A stretch of DNA of 64,000 nt from Macrostomum lignano (taxonomy: Eukaryota). This document shows positions 1 through 12,864 of the stretch, in pieces. Under the pieces are notes generated by a model. The model was not told the DNA's origin. It did no database searches and was given only the letters and a program-made list of their open reading frames with translations. The stretch's first letter is position 1; each line of letters opens with the position of its first letter. The DNA lies in contig NIVC01002850.1 in NCBI GenBank assembly GCA_002269645.1, positions 1 to 64,000 of the forward strand, read 5' to 3'. Made by a program: the position numbers and the translations under genes.

Positions 1-210
1 CCTGTCTGCAGTGACAATTACCACAATACGCTTACACTGCAACAAAGAAGTTACAAGCAAACAAGCAAAGCATTTTGAAAAACTTTCGGTATGCTTTTTA
101 AGACCATTCTGTCACATTACAGTCGCATTGCTTAATCTACTACTTTTTAAAGTAATAAAAATAGATTTTTTTGTCCTAACTAATTGCATTTTTGTCAAAC
201 CAACTAACAG

Positions 211-831
211 GCCTTGGCTCCATGCACAGCCTGCAGAACCTGTTCGCAGACAGCAACTCCCGTCTGGCTTACATCCCTGGCAGCTGCTGCAACGCTGGGA
301 CCGTTTGCCGCCTTTCCAATCGTACATGTACCGTTGCGGCAAGCTGGGACCCCTGCGCAAGCACTGGCCACCCACTGCAGTCTGAGTGTCGTTAATCCGC
401 TATCAGACGTCGCTTCCTGTTTGATTTTACCTGGGGAAATTTCTACAATAGGAGACTGTTGCTAAAACTGTGTGCCAAGTCTCGAGGAGCTGGCGCTGCG
501 AACTGTACACAGGTGCTTTGTTGTATCTAGTTCCGGACAGTCGCCAGATCCTACTGCTGCCGTGTTTCAACAGCGCCTGCCTCGCCATGTGCAAGAACTG
601 GCTGGCTGCCCAACTGCTCTGTGCATTGTCTGCCATTCGGCCGTGTTCGTGTTCGCTTTTCCGTGGTATCGCTATTCGGAATTGGACAGGATGGCCACTT
701 TTGAGCTGTCGCTGGCTTGCAGCAGGGCGTGTCATGCCCAGCTGTTGTCCAACCCTTGCGCTAGTGGATACGATGCGGCTAAGAATGAGGATGTGTCTGT
801 CTGGTTGCCAGTGCTTGTGCCGCCGCTGTGA
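211..831 (+). pseudogene. LRRC28: LRRC28-like terminal exon(s), disrupted (frameshift plus in-frame TAA); pseudogene or consensus error
   Basis: Acceptor ctaacag ends at 210. It is followed by LRR-like LGSMHSLQNLFADSNSRLAYIP, then LILPGEISTIGDCC*NCVPSLEELALRTVH...LPRHVQELAGCPTALCIVCHSAVFVFAFP...ACSRAC*. This resembles the recalled LRRC28 C-terminus (FLPAEVKAIG..LPLQELA..LP..LLELLHCP..C..C..CCS.QC). The pieces lie in different frames, and TAA 463-465 is in frame with 472-831. Confidence 0.65.
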
Positions 832-894
832 GTACTTTGTAGTTAAGTCAAGATGAGCAGAGACTGAGCTGGGATGACGCGGTGAGGGAGATAA

Positions 895-1295
895 CAGGGG
901 CGTAGCCAGAGGAGGGGCAAGGGGGCCGTGGCCCCCCCCCCCAATCACCAACTCTGGCCTTGGCGCCCCCCCCTAAAAGAAACTGGCGCCCCTCCCCTAA
1001 AAGAAACTGGCGCCCCCCCCCTAAAAGAAACTGGCGCCCCCCTAAAAGAAACTGGCGCCCCCCCCCCCTAAAAGAAACTGGCGCCCCCCTAAAAGAAACT
1101 GGCGCCCCCCCTAAAAGAAACTGGCGCCCCCCCCCCTAAAAGAAACTGGCGCCCCCCCCCCTAAAAGAAACTGGCCCCCCCCCCCTAAAGAAACTGGCGC
1201 CCCCCCCCTAAAAGAAACTGGCGCCCCCCCCTATAAGAAGCTGGCGCCCTCTAACTCACGGCCCCCCCCAATCAAAATTCCTGGCTACGCCCCTG
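895..1295. mobile_element. hAT-type non-autonomous MITE with internal ~22-26 bp tandem repeat
   Basis: Perfect 15-bp TIR CAGGGGCGTAGCCAG (895-909) / CTGGCTACGCCCCTG (1281-1295). 8-bp TSD GGAGATAA at 887-894 and 1296-1303. Internal array of ctggcgcc(c)n-taaaagaaa. Confidence 0.9.
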
Positions 1296-1369
1296 GGAGA
1301 TAAGATGGAGATTAGAGAATGATATAGAAGAGAAGAGGAGTAGATGAAACGGGGGGAGAGCGGATTAAA

Positions 1370-1870
1370 AAGGGATGGAATGGGAGTAGAGAGAGAGGAT
1401 GGAATGGGAGTAGAGAGAGAGGATGGAATGGGAGTAGAGAGAGAGAGGATGGAATGGGAGTAGAGAGAGGAAGGAATGGAAGTAGAGAGAGAGGGTGGAA
1501 TGGAAGTAGAGAGAGAGGGTGGAATGGAAGTAGAGAGAGAGGGTGGAATGGGAGTAGAGAGAGAGGGTGGAATGGGAGTAGAGAGAGAGGGTGGAATGGG
1601 AGTAGAGAGGAAGGAAGAGAAGTAGAGAGGAGGGTGGAAGGGAGAGTGGAGTAGAGAGAGGATAGAAGAGGAGTAGAGAGAGAATTGAAGGAAAGTAGAG
1701 ATATGGGATAAAAGGGAGTAGAGAGAGGATGGAATGGGAGTAGAGAGAGAATTGAAGGAAAGTAGAGATATGGGATAAATGGGGAGTAGAGAGAGGATGG
1801 AATGGGAGTAGAGAGAGAATTGAAGGAAAGTAGAGATATGGGATAAAAGGGGAGTAGAGAGAGGGAAGGG
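1370..1870. repeat. Purine-rich degenerate minisatellite (gggagtagagagaggatggaat)
   Basis: Visible ~22-26 bp GA-rich units. Confidence 0.85.
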
Positions 1871-2459
1871 TGGAAGTGGAGTAGAAAGAGGATCGAAAGG
1901 GGAGTATGCGAGGGGAGGTAAAAATGAGATAAAGAGGAAATCTGATGGGATGAAAAGTAAGGAAAAAATAAGAATACCTAAATTCTCCAGTAAATACCCT
2001 ATGTACCAATTGCATGTATAAACTTGAACCTAAAATTTCTTTGCTACGTTAACAGACATTTGATTTAGATTTTTGACCATATATACCCTTTTTTGTAACC
2101 ATTAAAAATCTTTCGACGGATTCTTCCTTATATTAAATTACGCAGTGCCATTGTGTACATTTTGGCTAGTCAAACAGATTTTTTTAGTATATGATCGATT
2201 ATTTTATCTGTAAGTATTATTATTAGTGTGTTTGAATTTCAACGCAATTTTTCTTATTTTAGCACAGTCAGACTCTTTGATTAAGAAAAGTAAGTATTGA
2301 CAAAATATACTGGTTAATGAAATTTGCACTTACATATCTAGTTTTTTACCCTACAGATGAACATCATTTAGTTTTTAAAAATCCTTTGTCTTCTTGTTTT
2401 ATGCTATGAATTTAAAGAACATAAATTAGGACGGAAAAAAGGAGGCAGGAACGGGACAA

Positions 2460-2950
2460 AGGCGCAGGAGAGAGGGGCACGCAGGCAAGTGCGCACATAG
2501 ATGCACTCAGACTAACTGGGTTGGGGCAGAGAGGCGCAGGAGAGAGGGGCTTCGCGGGAGAGAAAGTGCGCACATAGATGCACTCAGACTAACTGGGTTG
2601 GGGCAGAGAGGCGCAGGAGAGAGGGGCTTCGGGGAGAGAAAGTGCGCACATAGATGCACACAGACTAACTGGGTTGGGGCAGAGAGGCGCAGGAGAGAGG
2701 GGCACGCAGGCAAGTGCGCACATAGATGCACTCAGACTAACTGGGTTGGGGCAGAGAGGCGCGGGAGAGAGGGGCTCGCCGAGAGAGAAAGTGCGCACAT
2801 AAATGCACACAGACTAACTGGGTTGGGGTAGAAAGGCGCAAGGAGAGAGGGGCTCGCAGGGAGAGAAAGTGCGCACATAGATGCAAAACTGGGTTGGGGT
2901 AGAGAGACGCAGGAGAGATGGGCATGCGGAGAGAGAAAGTGCGCACATAA
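2460..2950. repeat. ~70-75 bp tandem repeat, ~6-7 copies
   Basis: Recurring aagtgcgcacatagatgcactcagactaactgggttggggcagagaggcgcaggagagagggg. Confidence 0.9.
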
Positions 2951-4015
2951 AAAAGTACAAAAACAGACGAATTAGACTGGTGCTGAGAGTTGGGGGAGGA
3001 TGGGCTTAGATGAGAAAGAAAACTACAAAATAACACAATAATTCGAGCACTCTCTTTAAATTGTTAAAAAGTAAGAAATTGGGTATTGGCTCTATCTTTG
3101 ACCCGGCTGCCATAACGTGCTCTATATTTGAGCTTGATGATGATATCAACACGCCATCGAGCTGTTTACCTACTGAAATTGGTGGCTGACCAAGCTAGTC
3201 GATACTTGGTATGAGAAAAAGCTTGACAATTTGCTGCAGCTTCGAGGCTAGTGGAACAGCTCTCTGCAGACAATGACCGGGCGTTTGCTTGGCTCATTGG
3301 CAGTCTCGGGAGTTGGAGTTATCCATTGTGCCATCTATTGACTTAAGAATTGTTAAGATATATCGGCGGCAGCTCATTGGTTTCCCTGCGCTGTTATAAT
3401 CGGAGGTGCAAAGGTGCTAGGTGCTTCCATGTCGTGTGAACCACCGCAGTCAGTCTGATCCAGTAACACATGGCTGCTGAGTTTCAAACAAGCCAAACTG
3501 TCTCCCAGGAGTTGATTAATTAATGCTTAAGCTGGCTACTTAACCTGGTCTCTTAAATTTGAGCAGGGGGATATGCTGCTAAAAATTTGTACGTAAATTT
3601 CTCTAGAAGCCCCTTGAACTCTCCAAGAACTCGAATGTTAGACCTTCGACCGCTGCACTCTCTTTAGACCCTCCGGGTGTTAGACTGTCATTGCTCCAAT
3701 CATGTATGTTGTATCCTCGGGTATTATACCAGACATGTCCCATATTCTTTGGTGTTACACCGTCATCCTCCCATATTCTCTCAGGTGTTGCATCCAATTT
3801 ACCATGCATATCATCGGATTGTTAAGACCATCACCCTCCCAGATCCTCAGGGTGTTAGACATCCAATTTACCATATCCTCGGATGTTAAGACCTTAAGGA
3901 TGTTAAGAAAATGCTGTTGAGAGTCTACATGGTAAATTGAACTTGAAGTTTCTCAGAGCTGTAGCACATGTAAATAAATGAATGTAAAATGAATCTGTGA
4001 ATTATTTCAGAAAAG

Positions 4016-4080
4016 CAGGGGTCGGCAAACTTCGGTCCGCGAAGCCTATCGTTCTCTATCCGGCCCTCGGGGTCGTTTGG
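4016..4080 (+). mobile_element. Solitary hAT (Charlie/MER5-like) left end
   Basis: CAGGGGTCGGCAAACT followed by cggtccgcg...atccggccc, as in hAT non-autonomous termini; no partner TIR seen. Confidence 0.45.
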
Positions 4081-4538
4081 AACTTCACAATGGCAACCTT
4101 CTCTCTCCTCTTCTCTCTCTCCATTCCCTTCTTTCCTCTCTCACTTGGCCCATAAATCACTGCTTTCCATTTTTCAGTAAAGATCGTACAGTAGTATACT
4201 TGGCGCAAGTGTCTCTGTCTAGCTGTCATTCATCTTTCTGATCATGCCCGCGGCACCTCACTGAAGCATAAGTGTAACTACTAATTGGTTAATAAAATTA
4301 GCAGTCTTTTGTTAGCCACAATACTTTATGGCTAATTACATTACCGATGCGATTCTGCCACTTAATTAGACGTATGTTTCTCAAAGTCTCTTTCCACCAT
4401 CCGTGGTTGCTATTGGCAACCGAGTGATATGCTTTCCGTCTGAATTAGCGATCAATGCTAAGCTATAAATTCTCTAGCAACGATCTGGAAAGTGAACGCG
4501 ACGCGAACTCTGAAAAATAAATTTAAGTCTGCCTAATT

Positions 4539-5583
4539 ATGGGCTACTATTCATTCGTCTGTATTGGTTGCTGTTTGTCTTCTACTGGCCTTCGGTTCAA
4601 CTTCCAAATTGGTCTGGGCAGCTCTGGATGCCAGTGCACCTGCCACCTCAGCTACCTATTTGATAATTAATCGGTGCCCGATACCTGATCAGTTCTCCAG
4701 CCCGTCATATCGGATCTTAAGCGCTTCGGAATGCGCCCTAGCCTGCTTAACCAGCAGCACCTGTTTGGTGTTCAACACGGACTCGGGTTTGTCGCCGTGC
4801 GCGATGGCCACTCTGGGCCAGGTGATTGGTTTCTGGCCGGAGTCTGGCAACTGCAAGAGTCGCTTCAGGTCTGAGATGCACTCGTCTAAAATTACCGGCT
4901 TCTGGGACTTTCGGCTGACACCGGATATTTTGCTGTCCGTCGAGGGCCACACTGGTAAGTTTAATGCCTCTGGGAACAGTAGCTTCAACTCTAAGGAGGG
5001 CCTGGTGCTACCTGGCGGAGACAAAGACTTTGCCTACCTGTCAAGCATTGTTGGCACTCCGTTTGCCGCTGGATTGAATTTTTCTCTAAACGATTCGTCG
5101 TTGTTTATGCGAGTACGTCGCTATGGTAACGGTCTGTCCGCGGCAGCAGGCTCTGGCTATTTTAGTTTGCACAGCTGTTCCAATCAGCGCAAGACTGTGG
5201 TGTCCGTGTTTGAAACTGATGAAACTCGACTGAGTGTGAAACTGGCGTCCCGTCCGTCGGCAGTTGCAGCCTCGACACTGACGTTGCACGCTGACCAAGC
5301 GGCTGCTGGCTCCGAGGATACCGACTACGTCACTCTGGGATTTCAATTCGACTCCACTAACTCCAGTTTCACCCTGTGGCGCGGCGGGGGTCCTCGGTCT
5401 ACCCTGACCCAGTGGAGCTCATTGTTGGTGCTGTATCAACCAGTTGAACCGCTGTGCGTCTCGCTTGGGGTAGTGTCCCACCTTACAAGCACGTTCCGGC
5501 TTAACGGCAGCATCCGGTGTCTGCTGTTTGCTAAAGCCGCTATCGATATCCGGATTGTTAATGCCGCGTTTACTGGCTGCTAA
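4539..5583 (+). CDS. Intronless secreted protein: signal peptide, PAN/Apple-like domain, LamG/ConA-like domain; start codon one base out of frame
   Basis: Open frame 4537-5583 has no in-frame ATG near its start. ATG at 4539 comes into frame if one G is removed from atgGGct, giving MATIHSSVLVAVCLLLAFG. Apple-like SASECALACLTSSTCLVFN..C motif; beta-rich C-terminal half (GFWDF, GLVLPGG..FAYL, LGFQFDS..FTLW, LNGSIRCLLF). Confidence 0.7.
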
Positions 5584-5926
5584 AAGAGCTACATGTACAC
5601 CCGTACTGGCGCAGAAGGTCTTGATCAAAATGTTTCAAATTGCAAGTTACGCCCGTTTGAATTCAAAACATATCCGATTGAAGTTTGAACCAGTTATTTA
5701 CTACTGAACAGTACGGACTACGGATATTTAACAGCGTCTTTTTCATTAAAACATTACGAGTAACTTAAAAATTGTTTTCTAAACTTCTCAACTATATTGT
5801 CGCTTAATATCGTCCCAGCATGCTTTTAAAAGCTAAAAACATATTAAAACTTTATTGTTGCAATTTTATTTCAATAATTTTTATTTCCTAACTTAAGCTT
5901 TTGCTTTTAGGACGTACTTAGGACTA

Positions 5927-6671
5927 TCGCTTTTGGCAGCCTATTTCGGCTGACGCGCATTTAATTTAATCCAAGATAGGTTTGCCAATGTACCGGAGCT
6001 TTTGTCTATGGTAGCAAGACTGCCACAGCGCCACTTAATTTGGTCCAACAAGCATGAATTTGGTCCATAGCTTTATTTTCAACTGTTGCGGAGGAGCAAC
6101 ACCAGCCCCAGAATTGTGAACCATGCTAGGTTGTAGAACGAATGCCACTGGCTTGTGATCAAAGCACTCAACAGCGGTGAACACCCATAGGACATTGCAA
6201 GGCTGCTGAATACAGAAGAAAGATGGTTTACAGCATCCATCAGCGTGTTGAAACCACTTCTGGCATAGGTCGCCTGTGGTAAGGTGGCAATCGCCAAGGC
6301 AAGTTGCTAGAGACTCAGGTCCAACTGCTACTTAATGCAATTGAGACGAACCCTTTGTTGACGTTGCAGAAAATGCAGCAGCAGTTGAAGGAACAGTTCC
6401 AGTTGGTTATCAGATTTGGACTATCAGCAGAGCTCTGGAAAAGCGACGGGAAATTGCTGGTGCAGACGCTGACATTCCCTTAGGCAGCTGCAAGAAGGCA
6501 AGAGTTTGCCATTGGCTCACAAGCATTCGGACCAAATTGATGCTTGTTGGACCAAATTAATTAATGCCGCTGCGGAAGCCTTGCTACCATAGACAAAAGC
6601 TCCATTACATTGGCAAACGTATCTTGGATTAAATTAAATGCGCGTAAGCCCAAATAGGCTGCCAAAAGCTA
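5927..6671 (+). mobile_element. Internally deleted Tc1/mariner (IS630-like) element with degenerate transposase N-terminal HTH region
   Basis: ~140-bp imperfect TIRs (5927-6066 / 6529-6671) flanked by TA at 5925-26 and 6672-73. Internal frames give IKALNSGEHP*DIARLLN, KMVYSIHQRVETTSG, GGNRQGKLLETQVQLLLNAIETNPLLTLQKMQQQLKEQF, IWTISRALEK. No DDE domain left. Confidence 0.85.
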
Positions 6672-8064
6672 TAATAATATAATATATAATACATTTATTT
6701 TAATGTATCGTATATTTTGTGTAACTATTTATAATTTTAAATAACTAATAAACTTTGAGCTTCAAATATCAATTTTATTGTATTACCTAATCCCATAAAA
6801 CATTTGTAATACCCAAGTTTTTTTTTAGCAATATCAATATGAACAGATGTATAATTGTGCTTTTAACCTCTAGTCACGTCTCATAAATATTATTCTACTT
6901 TGTTATAATAATCCACCAAGTTCAATTATCTATTCCGATGCATATTCGAATTGAAAAAAAATAAAACAAAAAATATTATTTACAACTGTAAACTGTTGTT
7001 ACAACTGTATCTAGACTCTATAGATTTTACTGTTATAAAACTTGTAACGATTACAATTAAAAGCATTAGTTTTAGCGAGAAAGAATTAGCTTTCAGTTTT
7101 CAGCACTCTCAACGGTTTTTTGATAAAGCAACTTCTACAGTACATGTAGACATGTTTTTCCTAAGCACTATAAAGTCTCCTGCATCAGCGGCACTACCAT
7201 AGACTATATTTCAGGGTAAGTTAAATAATGGCCTTAAGCGGGGGGAGGCGGATCTAGATTTAACGGGGGGCAATCCTAGTCAACAATCCTGTGTTTTATT
7301 AACTTGATTGGCTTCATTGTCTATGGTCAAAAGTGCGGTTCTGGTAGCGGCGTCTGCTGTCCGTATTAAACTACTTATATGGTAAAAGCGGTTAAGTAGC
7401 AAGTAACGTATACATATTTTTTAATTGCTCCTGGGATAGGGTTAAATTTGGCAATAATAAATTCTCTGTCTGCACAAGAACATGTACATGCATCTCTAAA
7501 TTACTCAGTGTATCGATATCAGAATGCACAACTGCCTGCGCTTCGAGGTCTACAAACTGAAATTTTATCCAAATACCAAAGGTAAATTAAGCAGCATATA
7601 CGGGGTATAACTATGGGAAACTGAAGAACTTTGTTATATCTGTTACCCTCTGATGCATACATTAGCCAGGCAGATGGGAGGGAGCTATTTACACCTGGAG
7701 ATAAATTTTCAACTTGTAGTTCGATTTGCCTTGGCTACGAGAATTTTGATGAGGCCCCGCGTATACACACTATATAGTGTATATAGTGGTGAAAACTCCT
7801 GGGTTATACAGATATAGACTCTGCAATGTCTTACATTTGTAATTTTACAGCTTCACTGAACTTTCTTCATCAGGCCGGGTTTAACAAATATACGCGTTAT
7901 ATGAGAGTGAAATACACGGGAATTCTGCGCTTCATAGGTGCAGTGCACACAACTCGGGCCAGGGCTGAATTCGGTTGCGAGCTGATGGCGCTAGGAGGTC
8001 AACCTCAGCCCTTCGTAATGTTCACACTCCCGACTCCATTGCGCCTTCACGTTCCCCCTGAGCA

Positions 8065-8690
8065 CAGTGACCCCCCAGAGACAGTGAACACCAAGGACAG
8101 TGGCTTTCAAAAGTAGTGACCCCCAAAGACAGTGACCCCCAAAGACAGTGACCCCAGAGACAGTGACCCCCAGAGACAGTGACCCCCAGAGACAGTGACC
8201 CCCAGAGACAGTGACCCCCAAAGACAGTGACCCCCAGAGACAGTGACCACCGAAGACAGTGACCCCCAGAGACAGTGACCACCAAAGACAGTGACCCCCA
8301 GAGACTGACTTCCAAAGACAGTGACCCCAAAGACAGTGATCACCAAAGACAGTGACCTCCAAAGACAGTGACCCCCAAAGACAGTGACCCCCAAAGATAG
8401 TGACCCCCAAAGACAGTGACCCCCAAAGATAGTGACCCCCAAAGACAGTGACCCCAAAGATAGTGACCCCCAAAGACAGTGACCCCAAAGACAGTGACCT
8501 CAAAGACAGTGACCCCAAAGACAGTGATCACCAAAGACAGTGACCCCCAAAGACAGTGACCACCAAAGACAGTGACCCCCAGCGACTGACTTCCAAAGAC
8601 AATGACCCCCAAAGATAGTGATTCCCTAAGGGCGTGACTCCAAAACAGTGACCATAAGACAGTGACCCAAATGACGGTGACCCCATAAGG
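8065..8690. repeat. 15-16 bp minisatellite (gacagtgacccccaaa)
   Basis: About 40 visible copies. Confidence 0.95.
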
Positions 8691-9344
8691 GCAGAGTCCT
8701 CCAATAACAGTGAAAATGTATAGCCAAATTAACTACCCACCTCATAAACAGACACTGTCCAACCTACAAGTCTCCTTTACTGCCGGGTGGCCTTTTATAA
8801 TCCAACTCTCAAGACTCAAAATTTTGCCCGATTTGCATGGCCTCTGCATAATACAGACAGAAGGACACTGACCGATCAATCAGTGATCGCAACTTTATAT
8901 TCTTCACAATTTTTCACTATTGTGTTGCGATCCTTGCAGGCCTGCGTATCGGGCCACCACTCTATATGGCTAGCTATTCATCTGCCCCCCAAGTAGCTAT
9001 TGTATTATTGAATATTGCATACTGCCGTTCACTGCATTTGCTGACTATATTGTAGTCAACCTAGCTTAATGGTAAAGTTTTTATATAACAACTGTCCAAG
9101 TGCAAAATGCATTAGCGGAGTTATGGCTAGAGAGTTTTTTTGGCTTTTTTAAGCAATAAGTTTAAATTTGATTCAATCATTTTATTTGCAATTTAATGCA
9201 AAAGAAATATACAGTGATTTTATAATGCTGCTAAATAGTCGGTTTTGAGCATGCTTCTGAGTGCTTTCGGCGCCCTCCGTTGGGGTGAAAAAAATAATAA
9301 TTTTTAAAAAAATTACACCTGTAGTCTAACCTCTCAGGCTTGGT

Positions 9345-9930
9345 ATCTCAGCAATTCCCTTTGTGCGCCTTGACATCTCAGTAATTCTCCCCTAAGCCTT
9401 GACATCTCAGCAATTCCCTCCCGCAAGCCCTAACATCTCAGCAATTCCCTCCCGCAAGCCCTAACATCTCAGCAATTCCCTCCCGCAAGCCCTAACATCT
9501 CAGCAATCCCCTCCGTAAGCCCTGACATCTCAGCAATCCCCTCCGTAAGCCCTGACATCTCAGCAATCCCCTCCGTAAGCCCTGACATCTCAGCAATCCC
9601 CTCCGTAAGCCCTGACATCTCAGCAATCCCCTCCGTAAGCCCTAACATCTCAGCAATCCCCTCCGTAAGCCCTGACATCTCAGCAATGCCCTCCGTAAGC
9701 CCTGACATCTCAGCAATCCCCTCCGTAAGCCCTGACATCTCAGCAATCCCCTCCGTAAGCCCTGACATCTCAGCAATCCCCTCCGTAAGCCCTGACATCT
9801 CAGCAATTCCCCCGCAAGCCCTAACATCTCAGCAATTCCCCCGCAAGCCCTGACATCTCAGCAATCCCCTCCGTAAGCCCTGACATCTCAGCAATTCCCC
9901 CGCAAGGCCTGACATCTCAGCAATTCCCTT
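9345..9930. repeat. 30-bp minisatellite (ctcagcaatcccctccgtaagccctgacat)
   Basis: Near-identical tandem units. Confidence 0.95.
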
Positions 9931-9998
9931 TAAGGAATTAAGTAAAAAAAACTGGTTTATAAAGCCCAAATGTGCTTTGAGCGCTTCTTGATATACAT

Positions 9999-10680
9999 AC
10001 CAAGATCCGAGACGACACCGAGGCTGCAATCTTCTGCCGAGGCGCTGACGGACAGGCGAGTGAGCTTCCAAGATGTCAGCAGTTCGTCTACCTCGGCGGT
10101 CTGGTTCCCGACGTCCGCGAGGATCTGCGGCGTCGCCGAGGACTTGCTTGGGCTGCCTTTCGTTCTATAAGGTCAGTCCTGCAGTCCGAGGCCCTACCGG
10201 ACCGCCAGAGGGCGGCGCTGTTCCAGGCGGTGATCGAGACCGTCCTGTTATAGAACGCCGAGACCTGGACGCTGACAGACTCGCTCGAGGCTCAAGTCGA
10301 CGCGGCGCACGCTGGCCTGCTGCGCGCCGCCTTCAAGATCGGCAACGAGCGAGTCACCAACACGGCGCTCTATCATCGCGCCGGCCTGGCCCGTCCTAGC
10401 GATCTGCTGCGCCGTCGGCGACTCCAGCTGGCAGGCCACGTCATCCGCGCCGAGGCCTACTGTCCGGAGCCGGTGCAGGAGGTGCTGCTACTTACGTTGC
10501 AGGCACCCTACCGGCGGGGACAGGCGAGGACTCGGCGCTACGTCGACTGTCTGCTGGCTGACGCCGGCGCCCCGGACTCTGCCGGCGGTGCGGCTTTTGT
10601 TCGCGCCCAAGCTTTGAAGCGCGCCATCTGACGCTGCTTTTGTGAACTGGCAGCGTACTCTGTTGTTGTTGTTGTTGTTG
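9999..10680 (+). mobile_element. 5'-truncated RTE-clade non-LTR retrotransposon (end of RT plus C-terminus)
   Basis: Frame 9999-10631 reads QFVYLGG, LAWAAFRSI, LFQAVIETVLL*NAETWTLT, RRRRLQLAGHVIRAE, with one internal TAG at 10251. (GTT)n tail. TSD atatacat at 9991-98 and 10681-88, extendable to ttgatatacat. Confidence 0.9.
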
Positions 10681-11519
10681 ATATACATGTATCTTCAACT
10701 TTTACAACTTGGCATTAGACGGCACTAAAATACGCCGCTAGGCGTTTTTTCTGTTCAAATATTTTAATTAAAAGCTACTTTGCACGCTGCAGAGGGATAA
10801 AGAAAAGATCCGTGATGCTGAGATTCAATTGTCAGCCCTCTTCATCAAGTCTCTATTTTCCTTTCACCCGCTGTATGGCCGTCAGCTCTGCTTCATACTG
10901 TGGCTACTTGATGTCAGACGAAACGCCACCACAAGAAGCCAAGCTGTCAGATGCACAATGTACGAACTGCTCCCATTGTGGCGCTCTTAGCCAACAAGAG
11001 ATTAGATAAAGCCCTACGTATAACCTTTATAGAGTTCTTTACAGTCGAATGGACCTCTAGAGAGAAGATCTGGAATAGAACACGCAGTGATAATAACGAA
11101 CATTTAAAAACCAGAACTCTTCACAATCTTAAGTCTTAACTTCACTTCTTCTAACCCAAAATTGCTGCAAGTTTTTGAGGCATTGAAATCACCCTGGCCC
11201 GGTCAAGCCTGCCTCTGATCCAGGTCTTTTCAAGGTCCTTGGTCCATCATAAACTGCTAACATTTCAGACCCTGGCTACAGCTGCATTGGGTCTCAGTTT
11301 ATCAATTGTGCGCTGACGGCTGTCAATGTTGGCTGGGCTTCATTTAAGTGGGGGCTGACATTCTTAAGCTATCAGTTACAGGCTTGCTTGTCAGTTCATC
11401 TTTTTTATCTATCTGACTGGCTCTTGAAGCTTATGCAACCTTCTATTCAGTATAGAATTCTACCATCGTACCTTATTTTGTCAGATAGGCCACGAGTCGC
11501 AGTTGGCGGCGTCTGGTCA

Positions 11520-12185
<666 letters not shown>

Positions 12186-12864
12186 GTATTTCCCTATTTC
12201 TACTCTCATCTATCATTGCTGCAACCTCAATGTCTGCTTCTGAATCAGCTGAATGGCACTGAATAAGGCCCAGTCAAATATTTACTCTCAGCAGAACGTG
12301 AATTCTCTATACTTCTCATTGCGTTGTTCAGCTTTAGATTTATACACGGAAATTTGAAAACGAACGAATATAAATAAAGGTCTTTGCTCAAACATGGAAC
12401 CACATGCTGAAGTAATTGTCAGCTATGTGTGTTTCGCCCATTAGAGTTAAGCCACATTAAATGACCTTTTGTAATTAGTGCTCTTCATTCTTCTACTTAT
12501 ATATTTGCCGTATGAACATTGCTGCACAGGTTCCTTTCTGTCCATCAAGTGTGTGCGACTGAAATGCGGTAGCAAACAGTAATTGCTACCAATTTGCACC
12601 ATCGAAAGTTGCATAAGTTACTTGCCCATCTTACTTTACACTCGGTCTGAAATTATTTTTTTAATTGCTTAGCATAATTGTTTTGCAGATTTTCTACAAA
12701 AAGAATCTTCTTACGGTCGAGTGTCTTCTTTGGAGAGAGTAAGATGTCAGGCTTGCTTTGGATTCTGCCTACGACAAGGAGTGCAAGCTAGCGATGATTG
12801 TAGGGCTTGCGTGTAAGGAATGCAGCGTCAGCTGTTTCAGATCTGTTATGATTGCAAGTTAGTG

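Noticed and set aside
3060-3930. Moderate-GC unique region with short ORFs and small direct repeats
   Set aside because: No motif recognised in any frame
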